DNA of 64,000 nucleotides from Pristiophorus japonicus (Eukaryota). Made by a program: the position numbers and the translations under genes. Each line of letters begins with the position of its first letter. The stretch's first letter is position 1. The notes below the pieces were generated by a model. The model searched no databases, had not been told where the DNA came from, and saw only the letters and a list, made by a program, of their open reading frames with translations. Shown here in pieces: positions 1-12,085 of this stretch. Location: contig NC_091999.1 of the NCBI RefSeq assembly GCF_044704955.1, positions 5,518,001 to 5,582,000 on the forward strand, written 5' to 3'.

Positions 1-1458
1 ATTCCCTGAACAGAACCCCCAGATGCTTCCTGTCAGTTGACCATGTGAAGGGTTTAATTTGGCTTTCATCCAATTGGTTAGTGATGAGGAAACACATCTT
101 TGATTCACTGCACAGAACCCCCAGCTGCTTCCTGTAAATGACATATGGTATTCGAGTCTCCTTGACGGCAATTGGCTGGCTTGCTGCCGAATAATATTTG
201 GCATGAATATTAACTTGGAACAAGGTAGGATTTAACTATGTGAACATTAAGCTATTTCGCTGCGCTCTTACAATAAAGAAGCATTTTGCATGGTCAACAT
301 AGAAAGAAGGATTTCAGGCAAATTCCATACTCACAATATAATAAAATAGCATCACACAAAAACGTATCCATATGTTATTTAATTAGAATTATTTCCAAAT
401 AAAGATAATTCTAGATAATTCAGCACGTTGGTTCAGTACTGCACGAAGTGTTCGAGAGAAACTTTACTGACCCCACACCCACGTTGTAATGAGATGAATG
501 GGATTCGCAAAGTAAATACAAAATAGGTGGAATTGACTCCAACCCCTGCACTTCCTTGAATATTCTCATAGAGTTCAGTGTCTCATTTAAACTAAGGTCT
601 CACTTACTACTGATTAGCAGCCACGCACTCTGCAGTTCAATTTGTTACTGATTTGGATCTCTGATGAATCCCTCTCATAGCCTGGCTACGAATGGGCCGA
701 GACACGTCCAGTTTGCGATCTGTGTCAGCGTCAGATGAAGCATTTATTCTTGCGATATTCGGTAACATACCGCTAAATCCTGATACACTGCGTTCCTGAT
801 ACTTTTGCACAGTCGTTAGTTTTAAATTAGCTGTAAGGATTTGGACGCCGCGGTTTGCTGATCGCATTATCCGGTCTAATTCACGATCATCTCTTTATAC
901 AAAGAAAACTGATCTGAAGCGGGCGGGACGCACATGCTTATGTTTCTCTGTCAATTCACACCTTAATTATCAGGCAAGCAGAATTATTTTGCAGCAAATT
1001 TCAAACGGCTGTCTTCACGTCACAGATTTGGGGGTAGTTAGTGAAATTCCATAATATATATTTGGGTAATGTGAAGGGTTTCTCCTCATCTCCGGACCCA
1101 AATCGTGTAGTTATAGCCATCCGCATTGTGAGTCGAATCACATTAACCAGCTCCCGCATTCAGATACATAGTTCTAATGTAATTAATGAGACAGGGTGTA
1201 TTTTATTTGTACCGAGTGATGGGATAGAGAGGGGGAGATTGAGTAACACATACTGGCAAGCTCCTTAGACCCTGATAATGTAATTTCATCCTAGCGATTT
1301 ACATTTCATGTGAAGTAGTGTGGAAATAAAGGGATTTCATTGACATTCCAGATGTGAATCCATTCTGTTGTTGATGTGGAAGGTGTGACGCGGATGCAGT
1401 AACCACCTCTATCAGGGAATCAATAGGTGGCGCTGATACCCTCGTCACATTCTACCGT

Positions 1459-1549
1459 GTATTTAAATGCCTGAACTGCTTTCGAATGTATTGTGCAAAT
1501 TGTTATATGAATAAAGTGTATTTTGAAAAAAACAAAGTATTTAAATGCC
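1459..1549 (+). promoter_or_regulatory. VH promoter TATA-like box (TATTTAAA), present twice
   Basis: GTATTTAAATGCC at 1459-1471 and 1537-1549; the second copy ends ~65 bp upstream of the leader ATG. CRE-like half sites (TGACG/CGTCA) at ~1386 and ~1443. Confidence 0.55.
1472..1536 (+). mobile_element. 5'-truncated poly(A) retroelement 3' end (L1/Tx1-like) with 13-bp target-site duplication
   Basis: AATAAA plus A-rich tail, flanked by GTATTTAAATGCC direct repeats. The same 3' end recurs at ~16745-16807. Confidence 0.8.
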
Positions 1550-1614
1550 AGTCACTGGGACTGCAATACTGAGTGAGTTCTTGTCAGAACCATTTACCAC
1601 ACATTGCCAGGAGA

Positions 1615-1660
1615 ATGAGGTGGGCAATTTCTCTCAGTCTGCTGCTGGATTGATTATCCC
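1615..1660 (+). pseudogene. IGHV: VH leader exon (MRWAISLSLLLD*LS), in-frame stop
   Basis: ATG at 1615, hydrophobic shark-VH-type leader, TGA at 1651-1653, phase-1 donor GTGAGT at 1661. Confidence 0.9.
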
Positions 1661-1788
1661 GTGAGTAGTTTTTATTGTCCAAGTCGCTCACTGTTAACTT
1701 TTCAGTGTTAGTCTCTCTCTAAAATGTTGCAGAGTCAGGAATCATTTCTCCAGGAATAACACTCGTGGTTTTTGATTTTTTTATATAG

Positions 1789-2136
1789 GTGTCCAGTCGG
1801 ATGTCGTGTTGACTCAGCCACATGTAAAGATCAGGAGGCTCCCTGAGATTGACTGGAAAACCAGTGGTTTCAATCTTGGCAGCTATCGGATGTATTGGCT
1901 ACGACAAGTTCCCGGACAGGGGCTGGAGTGTCTGGCTCATTACTTTATTTCATCAAGCAATTACTACGCCCCAGGAATCGAGAGCCGATTTGCTGCAACC
2001 AAAGTCACTTACAACAGTATCTTCGTTTTGGACATGAAGAATCTGAGGACAGGAGACACCGCCATCTATTACTGTTCAAGTCACGCTGGATATCTCGACT
2101 ATTGAGGGCAAGGGACCATGGTGACAGTAAGTGCAG
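1789..2136 (+). pseudogene. IGHV: Joined VH-(D)-JH exon
   Basis: Acceptor AG at 1787-1788. Reads [10 protein letters not shown]...[13 protein letters not shown]...[26 protein letters not shown], with donor GTAAG at 2137. No heptamer/nonamer between V and J. J Trp is TGA (2103-2105) and the first Cys is lost. Confidence 0.95.
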
Positions 2137-5100
2137 GTAAGAAACATTCACTCGTTCAGCATCTGTTGTATTTCGGCCTCTATTTCATATTTCTGTTTAT
2201 TTTAATAATTATTTTGTTCACTGAAACTTGAGTTCGGTCGATTCTGTAGTGAAACTTTTTGCACTGTTTCATTTGACTCTGATGGAAAGGGTTTATAGAA
2301 TTAACTTGATTACCTGTGAATAAAATGCGGGTTGAGCGGTTGAGCCTCTGAATGATGTGATTTGGTGTTTATCTACTGATGAGATTCTGTGTCTGGGTTA
2401 CTTTAAATACCTAACGGTTGTTAAACGCGTTGGCGTTTCTACAATGTTCAATCTCGGTGACATCCAATTGCTACAGGTTGTCTGATCATTTGCAAGCATT
2501 ACTTGTTTGAATGTCTTTGTAAGTAGGTTGTAGGCAGAAACAGATAGCGTTCGAGGTTAAAAATAATTTAAAGATATTTCATTTATTTTTTATTGGTGTC
2601 AATTTATTGATCGTATGTCCACAAATACTCATTTAATACCTGAAATTTTACACTAATGAACAACTAAATAATTAACGCTTCTGCAGACTGAATCAGCTTT
2701 AAATTAATATTACATAAATCATTATACCGTAGTAACATTTCTAAAATATGCTATCATGTCAATATTAATGTAATAATCACGATGCGGCTTCTCAAATGTC
2801 TTCTGCACACTAGACACAATTAACGTGAGTGCAACGTGAGGCAAAGTTTAATTATCTATGATATTAATTTAATAACATCATATTCCTTTCTCTGTTTTGT
2901 TCATTTTGATGAGTGTTTTCTTAATAGTTATCTCTTTATTTTGTACTGATTAATTCAGAGTTTGTATTAAATTATGAATTTTATACGAGTTATAAATTGC
3001 AGTTTGTCATTTTATTTACAGTATAAGATTGAGGATACTGATTAAACTCGACAACCCAGCTTTAGTAACCATACGGTGTTGCAGCCCATCGTTAATTAGT
3101 GAGAGGAACCACGGCCAGTGTTTGAACTATTTCGAACGCTGAAAATAGACGGAGTTTATATTATATCAGAGATTTCGGAAATATGGATCGTTTACGAGTG
3201 TGCAGGTAGAGAGCAGGACAGTATTAGAAGTTAGTGCTCATTTAAAATTATTGATATGTGATTCTATTTAAGTAAAAATAATGTTGGTCTGAATGTATTC
3301 AGCTATTAATACGACGTATAACATTTAAATATTGAAAAAGTATCACGTTAAGTTAATTAATTTAAACCCTAATATTTCACAAATTACCAGGCAGAAACCG
3401 GATTAAAATTAATATTAAATAATGTTATTATAATCAGCATCAGCTGACGTGAATATTAACTTAGAGTATAATATCAGTGCTAATTCATTAACCATAAATG
3501 ACGTCCCGTAATTGTGCTGTATGCTGGCCAGGAATACTGTTAGTGAAAATTTCAATGGCTGGAAAGAATTTTAATTATGTCTAAAATTAATTTAGGAATC
3601 AACATATGTCTTACACAGCTGTGTTCAGCTCGATAAGGTGTCAGATTTTAATGGATTATCTTCGTGTTTTCTCTCGATGATTTGACAGTTTATATTTAAT
3701 TATGAACTTATATAAACCCAGCGGATAATCGGTTTTCAACGTAAATTCTCCTTTTTGTTTAACTTCTTCCTATGTCACTGAGTCCCGTGATGTGAACAGC
3801 AAATTACTCTGGAATCGGAATTACTTTCATATACCTGTTTTCAGCGAATCTTACTTATATCCTTTGAATTCTATTTGAATTGTTGGAAGTCGAAGAGAGT
3901 TTTTCAAATGAATATCAGTTTAATTTCAAAGAAGGTGCAGACTCGACGTAATCGGAAATTAACAAGAGATCAATTAGAAATGAGCTTCATTGACATTGAC
4001 AGAGTGAATAGATCTATCCGCTGATGACACGGTTGTTGCGTTGTTTGTGTCTATTCTGTTTCTGTGCGCCTGCTCACTGTGTGCGAATCAAGAATTCTCC
4101 TGATTGGTAGTAAACCTTCTGGTTTGTGCTCCTGTATTAATGGTGTGCAATTTAACGCATTTATTTCAGGACCTTTTATCTGTGAGTAACATTGAAAGGC
4201 CGACTTGAGAAATGAGATCATTAACGCAGTGCGTGACATTCAGAAGGAGCAGTTCAGAAACACTGCTGGTACACTGTAGAACGAAAGTTAATCAGTTTCT
4301 AACCCGTGCCGTACCTATCATGCGAGTGTTTGATTCGACTCTCTTTCTAACGAGTGATGTACCTGCCTTGAGAGTGATTGAATCGTCAGAGTCGAAGAGA
4401 ATGCACTCTATATCCTTACACGGAGTATCTGACAGGGGTGATTACCCGGAATTTTACTCTGTATCCAACCCTTGCTACACCATACTGGAGTGTCTGACAG
4501 GGCAGGTAAGCGGGAGATTTAATCTGTAGGCACCTGTTGCTATACCTGACTTCAGAATTAAGACAGGGCTTACTCTATATTATCTGTCCTGTAACTGCCC
4601 CAAGAACATTTTGCCCCAGAGTGTTCAAGGGACCTTAAGCTGCATCCAACAATAAACTGCGAGTGCTTCAGACAGATATATACAAATATATCGTTTCATT
4701 GCCCAGATGAAACGGATCATTAATTGATTTAGCATCCTATCTGGAACAATATCCAATTTTAATGAATTGATCCATTTTAAACATTTTCAGTATCAGAAAA
4801 TAATTGAATGAGATTGGTCTGATCTTGAGCCGACTTTCACATCAAACAGTTTCAGGAAGTGACTGTGTAACGCTCCAGAAAACAGCGCCTGTTCTGATCT
4901 GATGGGAGTCTGGAAGTTATTTTGAAATTTTCACTGGAGAATGCCAAGGTTCCCGCTCCAAATATCCGTTATGGGAACGTTATGTTTTAAAGCATTTTTC
5001 ATTCAGTTATTTTTTTAACAGGGTAACAGGCAGGGACAAACTCGGGAAAGATGCAGCTTTTGGCGCAGATCAAAACACAAGACACAGAGGCATTGAACTG

Positions 5101-5319
5101 CACTTCTCTGAACCGTTTAAAGAGATACAGTCAGCCTGCGTTGAGTCGTCATTCAAACTAAGCTTTAAGCCTTTATAACAGGAACCGATTGACTAAATTG
5201 CGTCAAATTTCGCAGCTCCGTTTATTTTAAACATCATCTTTCATTATAAAAACACTTTTAAAGTAAATATTTTCCAGGTGTTCAACACTAATAAGGGTTT
5301 CCTTCCATTGAGATTTGTC

Positions 5320-5912
5320 TTTGTTACTCCTAGACTGCCATTAACTAGACTTGACTATTCCAACGCACCCCTATCTGGCCTCCCACGTTCCACCCCAAGT
5401 AAACTTGAGTTCATCCAAACCTCGGCAGCCCGTGCCCTAACTCGCACCAAGTCCCGTTCACCCATCACCCCTGTGCTTGCTGACCTAAATTGGCTCCCGG
5501 ATAAGCAACATCTCCATTTAAAAATTCTCATCCTTGTTGTCAAATTCCTTCGTAGCCTCGACTCTCCCCATCTCTGTAATCTCCTCCAGCAACTCCCCCC
5601 CGATATATCTGTGCCCCTTTATTTCTGCCAACTTGAGGATCCATGATTTTAATTGCTCAAACATTGGTGGCCGTGCCTTCAACTGTCGAGTCCCTAAGCT
5701 CTGCATTTCCTTACCTAAACCTCTCCGCTTCTCTTTCCTAATTTACGACGCTTCTTAAAACCTACCTCGTTTGTCAAGCTTTTGTTCATCTGCCCAAATT
5801 TCTCCTCATGTGCCTTAGTGTCAATTGTTGTATCTTATAACCCTCCTGTAAAATGCCTTGGGACGTTTTACTACGTTAAAGGCGCTATATGAATACACGT
5901 TGTTATTGTTGT
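5320..5912 (+). mobile_element. L2-clade LINE 3' fragment
   Basis: RLDYSNA.L.GLP...Q..AAR.LT.....ITPVLA.L.WLP motif, ending in AAGGCGCTATAT and a (TTG)n-like tail. Confidence 0.85.
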
Positions 5913-5914
5913 TA

Positions 5915-6955
5915 GATAAGGAAGAACCGATGCTGTTGAGTGGTGTAGAATCTCAGAGTACATAATGGAGCATTTTGGCCCGTCCTGTCAATGCCGGCTC
6001 TGAAAGAGCGTTCCAAATTCGTCCAACACATCCTTTTTTCCTTATGAACCTGCAAATGAGTCCTCTTCAAGAACATTTCTCTTGCCTGGTGCATTCCAGA
6101 AATTATTAGCACTCTGAGTGAAAAAAAAATTACCCTCATTTCCCCTCGTATTCTTTTGCAATTATTTTAAATCTGTGACCTCTGGTTACTGACCTACTCG
6201 CTGGAGGAAAACGTTTCCCCCTACTTGCGCTGACAAAACCTCTCCCAATTTTGACAACCTCTATTACGTCTTCCCTTAAGCTTCACTGCACTGAGGAGAA
6301 TATCCCATTTTCTCCAATCTATCTACACAACTCGAGTCCCTCATCCCTGGTGTAGTACTGGTAAACCTCCTCTGTATCCTTTCCAAGGTCTTGACATCAT
6401 TCCTAAATTTTGGTGCCAGAATTGTATAGAACGCCCCAGCTGAGGCCGAACCCGTGATTTCTAAAGGTTTAGCATAACTTCCTTGTTTTTGTACCCAATG
6501 GCCATATTTACAAAGCCAAATGTCCCACGCGTGTTCTTAACAGACTTAGCAAATTGTCCTGCAAACTTCAACCATCTGTGAATATGCACACCCAAATATC
6601 TCTGGTATTGCATCCTATCAAAATAGTGCCACTTAAATTAGCCTTCCTCTCCCTGTTGCTCCTCCAAAATTGCATTCCTTCACACTTATCCGCAATAAAT
6701 TCCATCTGCCATGTTCCTGTCCATTTTACCAATCCACGTGTGCCCTACTGAAGTCGGCTACTATCTTGCTCATTACGTTGCCAAGTTTTCAATCATCAGC
6801 GAACTTCGAAATATTACTCCCTATACCCAATTCCAGGTTACTTTGAAATAACAGGAACAACAATGGTCCTAATACCGACAAATGAGGGAACCCACTGCAT
6901 ATTTTTTCCAGTTAAGAAAAAAAACATACTTTCACCAGTACACTCTGCCTGCTAT
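5915..6955 (-). mobile_element. Degenerate CR1-type LINE fragment
   Basis: Reverse-strand CR1 RT C-terminal and 3' UTR sequence similar to other copies in the window. Confidence 0.75.
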
Positions 6956-7619
6956 CGATTTATAATGTTTAAGGAAAACCAGTGTTAGACAGTGTTACAC
7001 CTATCCACATGTGTAGATAATGGTCGCTACACACAGTAGCCAGTGGTGATTGTAATGACGCAAAAAGCAGTGCCTGTTCTCACTAGTGGGAGATCGGAAG
7101 GTACTTTGGTAAATCTCAAGAGAAACTTCCAATTAACCGGATTGTGGGATTGTTTCTTGTTGTTAATTGAATGGGAGGAAGGATGAGAGGCGGGAGATTT
7201 CCGTTCTATAGAATGGGAACAGAGCACACATCACAGTGCACTGAAGTACTTAAACATGGAGAAGGCAAGAGCTCAATTCGAACCAGTCCCGATTCATCTA
7301 AAGTTTGAATCTTAGAAACTAGGCGGCGGAAATGTTCCCTGTTGAATTCTGTGGTTGCCAAGTTTCGAGTTTTTTAATAATTTTACAAGTTTGTTTATGC
7401 TGTTACTTTTGAAGTACTGTTAGGGAAACGCAGCGATCAGAACAGCGCGCATATCCAAAAACCTCAATGAAATAGATGACTCGAAGTGGTGTTGATTGAG
7501 AAACAATAACTGGCCGAAATAGCAGGGAACGTCTTTGCTCTTGTATTGTATGATCAATTGACAAATACTTTATTGACATGATGTGAAAACGCTCTTATTT
7601 TTGTAAGTGAGATGTAGTC

Positions 7620-7770
7620 CTTACTACTAGGGGGATCAAGGGGTATGGCGAGAAAGCAGGAATGGGGTACTGAAGGTGCATGTTCAGCCATGAACTCATT
7701 GAATGGCGGTGCAGGCTGGAAGGGCCGAATGGCCTACTCCTGCACCTATTTTCTATGTTTCTATGTTTCT
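7620..7770 (+). mobile_element. CR1 LINE 3' end
   Basis: GGGCCGAATGGCCTACTCC and (TTTCTATG)n tail. Confidence 0.85.
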
Positions 7771-7936
7771 AAGTTGATAGAGCCCGACAGAAATGACAGA
7801 AGCTCAAACGCTGATGTAGTTTTTGATCGGCACACGATGGTGTTGGGTCATCCTGCAGTCAAATTTCGAGTTGTTTGGTCATTTTATTAGCACGGTTTGC
7901 AGAGTGTGACTTGGTCAATTGGCCAATCTTTCCCAG

Positions 7937-8236
7937 CGACACCGTCTCCTCGCACCCTCTACGCCCTGCTCTCCTCCTGTGAACAACCCAGCACTGGCGG
8001 CCCCGTCACCTACCGCTGTTTGGCGATGGACTACTTCCCGGAAATCACCAGCCTTTCCTGGAGGAAAGATAAAGAGCCGATCACCACTGGATTGAAGACC
8101 TACCCGTCAGTGCTCATTAAGAAGGATACCTACACCCTGAGCAGCCAGTTAACCATCACCGAGTCAGAGGTGGGGAGCAGCACAATCTGCTGCGAGGTTC
8201 GACGAGCTGGGTCAGTCTGGAGCACGAAAATGCCAG
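7937..8236 (+). pseudogene. IGHM: IgM CH1 exon (frame intact)
   Basis: [18 protein letters not shown]...[33 protein letters not shown]...[20 protein letters not shown], with AG/GT boundaries. Confidence 0.95.
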
Positions 8237-8244
8237 GTTAGTGT

Positions 8245-8471
8245 TGGGGGATACAGCAAGGAGTGGGAATCTGTGAAAAGCGGATAATTTATGTTCAACC
8301 TGTATAGAACCTTTGTTATACCAAACTTAGAGTACTGTGCCCAGTGCTAGTCTCAATATCAGACTTGATGCGCCGTGGAGAGTTCTGGTCTCCATAGCAC
8401 ACTCGATGAGCTGTGCAGAGTTCTGGTCTCCATATAACACTTACAGTGCCATGCACAGTTCTGGTGTCTGG
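8245..8471 (+). mobile_element. CR1-derived insertion flanked by a 17-bp duplication of the CH1 splice donor
   Basis: AAATGCCAGGTTAGTGT at 8228-8244 and 8472-8488. The interior has CR1-like GAGTACTGTG and GTTCTGGTCTCCATA motifs. Confidence 0.65.
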
Positions 8472-8587
8472 AAATGCCAGGTTAGTGTGAGTCTGACAGT
8501 AAAGAACCTGTTAAAATAAAAGGTTACCTTGCATTTCTTAATCCATTTATTTTGCTAGAAATGTCAACAACATGTCTTCTCTGGAAG

Positions 8588-8894
8588 ACCCTGAACGTGA
8601 CATTGTCTCTCCAACTGTTATCCTCACCCTGAGTTCCAGTGGAGAAATCACCAGCAGCAGATCTGCAACCGCCGTGTGTTCAATCATCGATTTCCGTCCA
8701 GAGGGAGTGACCGTGAATTGGCTGAAGAAGGGACAACTCATGGATTCGCACTTTGTCTCCTCTCTCGTCTATGAGGTGAACGGGAACTTCTCGGCTGGCA
8801 TTCCCTACCAGGGAATGGTTCGCCCGCTCGATCTCTACCTGCCAGGTCTCTCATCAAGGTTTCACCCAAAAGCGAAGCTTCACCAGATCTCCAG
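8588..8894 (+). pseudogene. IGHM: IgM CH2 exon (deletion and frameshift near 8797)
   Basis: [15 protein letters not shown]...[17 protein letters not shown]...VNGNFSA, then in a shifted frame [20 protein letters not shown]. Donor GTACG at 8895. Confidence 0.93.
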
Positions 8895-9019
8895 GTACGA
8901 GGAGCAAGCCCCGGAAGGCCATTCTCTACGCTGAACTCAAACAAAGTTAGGACTTTTATTGGAATTAATACACAATGTAGAAACAGTTCTAATTTACAAT
9001 TATGCTGTTTGTGTTTTTC

Positions 9020-9410
9020 TTATTCATTCATGGGACGTGGCCGTCACTGGCAATTCTAATGCCTATTTCTAATTACACTTGTGAAGGTGGCAGTGAGTAG
9101 CTTTATATAACTGAGTGGCCATTTCAGAGGACAGTTAAGTGTGATGCACATTGTTGCTCTGGAGGCACGAATAGGCCAGACCGGGTAAGTTCGGCAGCTT
9201 TCCTTCCTTAAAGGATATTAGTGAACCAGGTGGGATTTTACGACAATCCTGCCGTTTCCTGGTGACAATTTCTGATCCTAGTATTTGATTCCAGATTTAT
9301 TTAAGTAAGCGAATTTAAATTCCACAGTCGCCGTGGTACAAATCATGGCTTGAGATCATTAGTCCAAGCCTCGGGATGACTGGGCCAGTAACATACCAAC
9401 TATGCCACCA
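9020..9410 (-). mobile_element. Shark tRNA-headed SINE
   Basis: On the minus strand, a tRNA-like head (TGGTGGCATAGTTGG) and a CCCATGAATGAAT-type tail. Confidence 0.55.
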
Positions 9411-9489
9411 TTCACGTTCCAATCTAAGTGCTGAATGAGGGTCCCTCACAGTTCAAGAATCCATCAGTTTGTCAAAGAAGGATTCCCTC

Positions 9490-9945
9490 TGCTCTGATGT
9501 CAGACATTGAGTAAGGTATCCTTGGGCTCACGTTTATCCTCAGCTGGTGGGTCATATGTTTAGAGATGTTTGTGATCCTAATGGAATGGGTAGGGTAGAT
9601 GGAGACGAAATATTTCCTCTGGTGCCGGAGTCCAGAACAAGGACGTAACATTAAAATTAGAGCCAAGTCGTTTCATGGTGATATCAGAAAGCAATTCGTC
9701 ACACAAAGGATAGTTGAAATAAGCAACTCTCTCCTCGAAAAAAAATCTGTTGAATTTGGGAGTCAATTGAAAATGTCAAAATTGAGATTGATAGAATTTT
9801 GTTAGACAAGGGTAATATTGGTTGCAGAACTAAGGTGGGTAGATGGTGTTGAGGTGTAGGTCAGTCCTGATGTAATTGGATGGCGGAACATCCAATTGGA
9901 GGCTGGATGGGCTGAATGACCCAGTCCTGTTGCTCTATTTTTATT
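9490..9945 (+). mobile_element. Old CR1 LINE 3' fragment
   Basis: Degenerate FTQRIV-type C-terminus and CR1 3' UTR. Confidence 0.7.
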
Positions 9946-10042
9946 ACTGCTCTGCGGTCATATATCCCTCTGACTCTCTCTTAAACAGACATGATAAATG
10001 CTCGCTAATGACCAGAACTTCTTCATATCGGCAACGCATTTT

Positions 10043-10447
10043 GTCAGCTGTGGCTCAGTGGGTATCACACTGACCTCTGAGTTATAAAGTTATGGGTTCA
10101 TCGCCCACTCCAGAGACTTGAGCGGAAATCGAAGCTGACACTCCAGCGCAGTACTGAGGGACGAGACGTTAAAACGAAGCCCCGTCTGCTCTCTCAGTTG
10201 GACGTAAAGATCAGGGGAGTTATCCCCGATGTTCTGGCTAATATTTCTTCCTCCATGAACCTAACAAACGAACAGATAATCAGGCCATTACCACATTGCT
10301 GTCTGTGGGAGTTCCTGTGCGCAGATTGGCTACGGCAACCCTCCATTTCAACAGCGAATACATTACATAAGTATTTTATTGGCCGTAAAGCGCTTTGAGA
10401 CATCCGATGGTCGAGGAAAGCGCTATATAAATGCAAGTCTTTCTTTC
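10043..10447 (+). mobile_element. Deu-domain tRNA SINE (SacSINE1/AmnSINE1-like)
   Basis: tRNA A/B-box-like head (GTGGCTCAGTGG...GGGTTCA), Deu-like core CATTGCTGTCTGTGGGAG..TGTGCGCAGATTGGCT, and L2-type tail GCGCTATATAAATGCAAGT. Confidence 0.75.
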
Positions 10448-11040
10448 AAATTACTCTCCGCCACAAAAAACACCTTGGAACTCCATTCTCCGGACCTTTC
10501 AGTTCTATTCTCCCTGGGACTGCAGTCGATTCCTGCAGCTTTTCATCGGCCGAACAATCGCAAAGAGACGCCAGAAAATTGCATTTGTTATCTGTTGCAC
10601 CTAAAGTCCTGGCTTTGATTCGACACTCGATTTTAACCAATGTAATTTTCGCGTAGAGCTCTGGACCCTGGGGGCGGAGCCATTATACTGAGCGGAAATG
10701 CGTTCGGACACAAGGGTCTATAGATGGGCAGAAAGGAGCAAGGGGTTTCAGGAAGAAATCAGCCCGTAACACAACTGCGCTCGAATTGCTTTACCTTTTT
10801 ACGCCGGGTATGTCCTTCACAGTCCATTACAGGTGATTCTGGGTGCAAATGCACAGGAAATGTTAGAGTTTCCCGGAATCCGTCCCAATTCGTTGTCCTT
10901 GCAATAACGATGGTGTTAAAGCAACGGCGCGAGGTTGATATCTCAAAGGTGATTTATTCTCCTTGGGAGAGTGAAGGCTAAATACTGGTGTCCTGATTCT
11001 GAAAATTGAGCGATACTTGACTTTCATTTCTGCTTCACAG

Positions 11041-11330
11041 ATCATAACCAATGCAACGTGCCACACAACTCTGTCCTGCAGCCGTCACTAGAACAAATCT
11101 TACTGGAGGCGGCGGTGACATTAACTTGCGTCGTGTCTAATGATCCTTATGGGGCCACCGTGTCCTGGAACCGGGAAAAAGAGACTTTGACATCAGAGAT
11201 TTGCCCTCCAATCCGGAGAGGCTCCCAACAGCGTGACCAGCAGCGTAAACATCCCGACACAAGCCTGGCTGAGTGATGAGCCATCAGGATATGCCGCCTC
11301 CTATCAGAGGTTCCATCCACGAAGAAAAGG
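11041..11330 (+). pseudogene. IGHM: IgM CH3 exon (+1 frameshift near 11202; deletion removing second Cys)
   Basis: [31 protein letters not shown], then shifted [32 protein letters not shown]. Donor GTGAGC at 11331. Confidence 0.93.
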
Positions 11331-11554
11331 GTGAGCGGCATGCATGCTTGTAGTAACAAATGTAGCAACGCTGTGACTGTTTCCGGTGCGTGTGCCTGGG
11401 TCAATTCCTTCCCATAAGTGTTGTAATAGACTTCTCTCTGAACGCAATTGCTCATTCCACTAACTAAACCCTCCGAGACCTGAGATGGTTCATTTATCGG
11501 GAAGCTGGATCCGTACACGAGGGAAAAAGAAATAGAAGGACATGCTATTATTGC

Positions 11555-12085
11555 GTACGGTTTTGGTTTCCATATTTACGAAAGGATATACTTGCTTGGG
11601 AGGCAGTTCAGAGAAGGTTCACTCGGTTGATTCCTGGGATAAGGGGGTTGCCCTATGAGGAAAGGTTGAGCAGGTTGGGCCTCTACTCATTGGAGTTCAG
11701 AAGAATGAGAGGTGATCTTATCGAAACGTATAAGATTATGAGGGCTCTTGACAAGGTGGATGCAGAGAGGATGTTTCCACTGATGGGGGAGACTAGAACT
11801 AGGGGGCATAATCTTAGAATAAGGGACCGCCCATTTAAAACTGAGATGAGGAGGAATTTCTTCTCTCAGAGGGTTGTAAATCTGAGGAATTCGCTGCCTC
11901 AGAGAGCTGTGGAGGCTGGGTCATTGAATAAATATAAGGCAGAGATAGACAATTTCTTAATCGATATGGGGAGTGGGTAGGGAAGTGGACCTGAATCCAT
12001 GATCCGGATCAGCGATGATCGTATTAGATGGTGGAGCAGGTTCGAAGGGCGGTATGGTCAACTCCTGCTATTATTTCTTATGTTC
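11555..12085 (+). mobile_element. CR1 LINE 3' fragment
   Basis: YEERLSRLGLYSLEFRRMRGDLIETYKI...FFSQRVVNL motif. Confidence 0.92.

Noticed and set aside
2137-5300. Intronic enhancer or switch region in the J-CH1 intron
   Set aside because: AT-rich with scattered E-box and ETS words but no clustered motif set or tandem repeats that sequence alone can support.
7232-7270. Perfect heptamer CACAGTG in the J-C intron (also ~12284 and CACTGTG ~19418)
   Set aside because: No credible nonamer at 12 or 23 bp and no adjacent coding segment.
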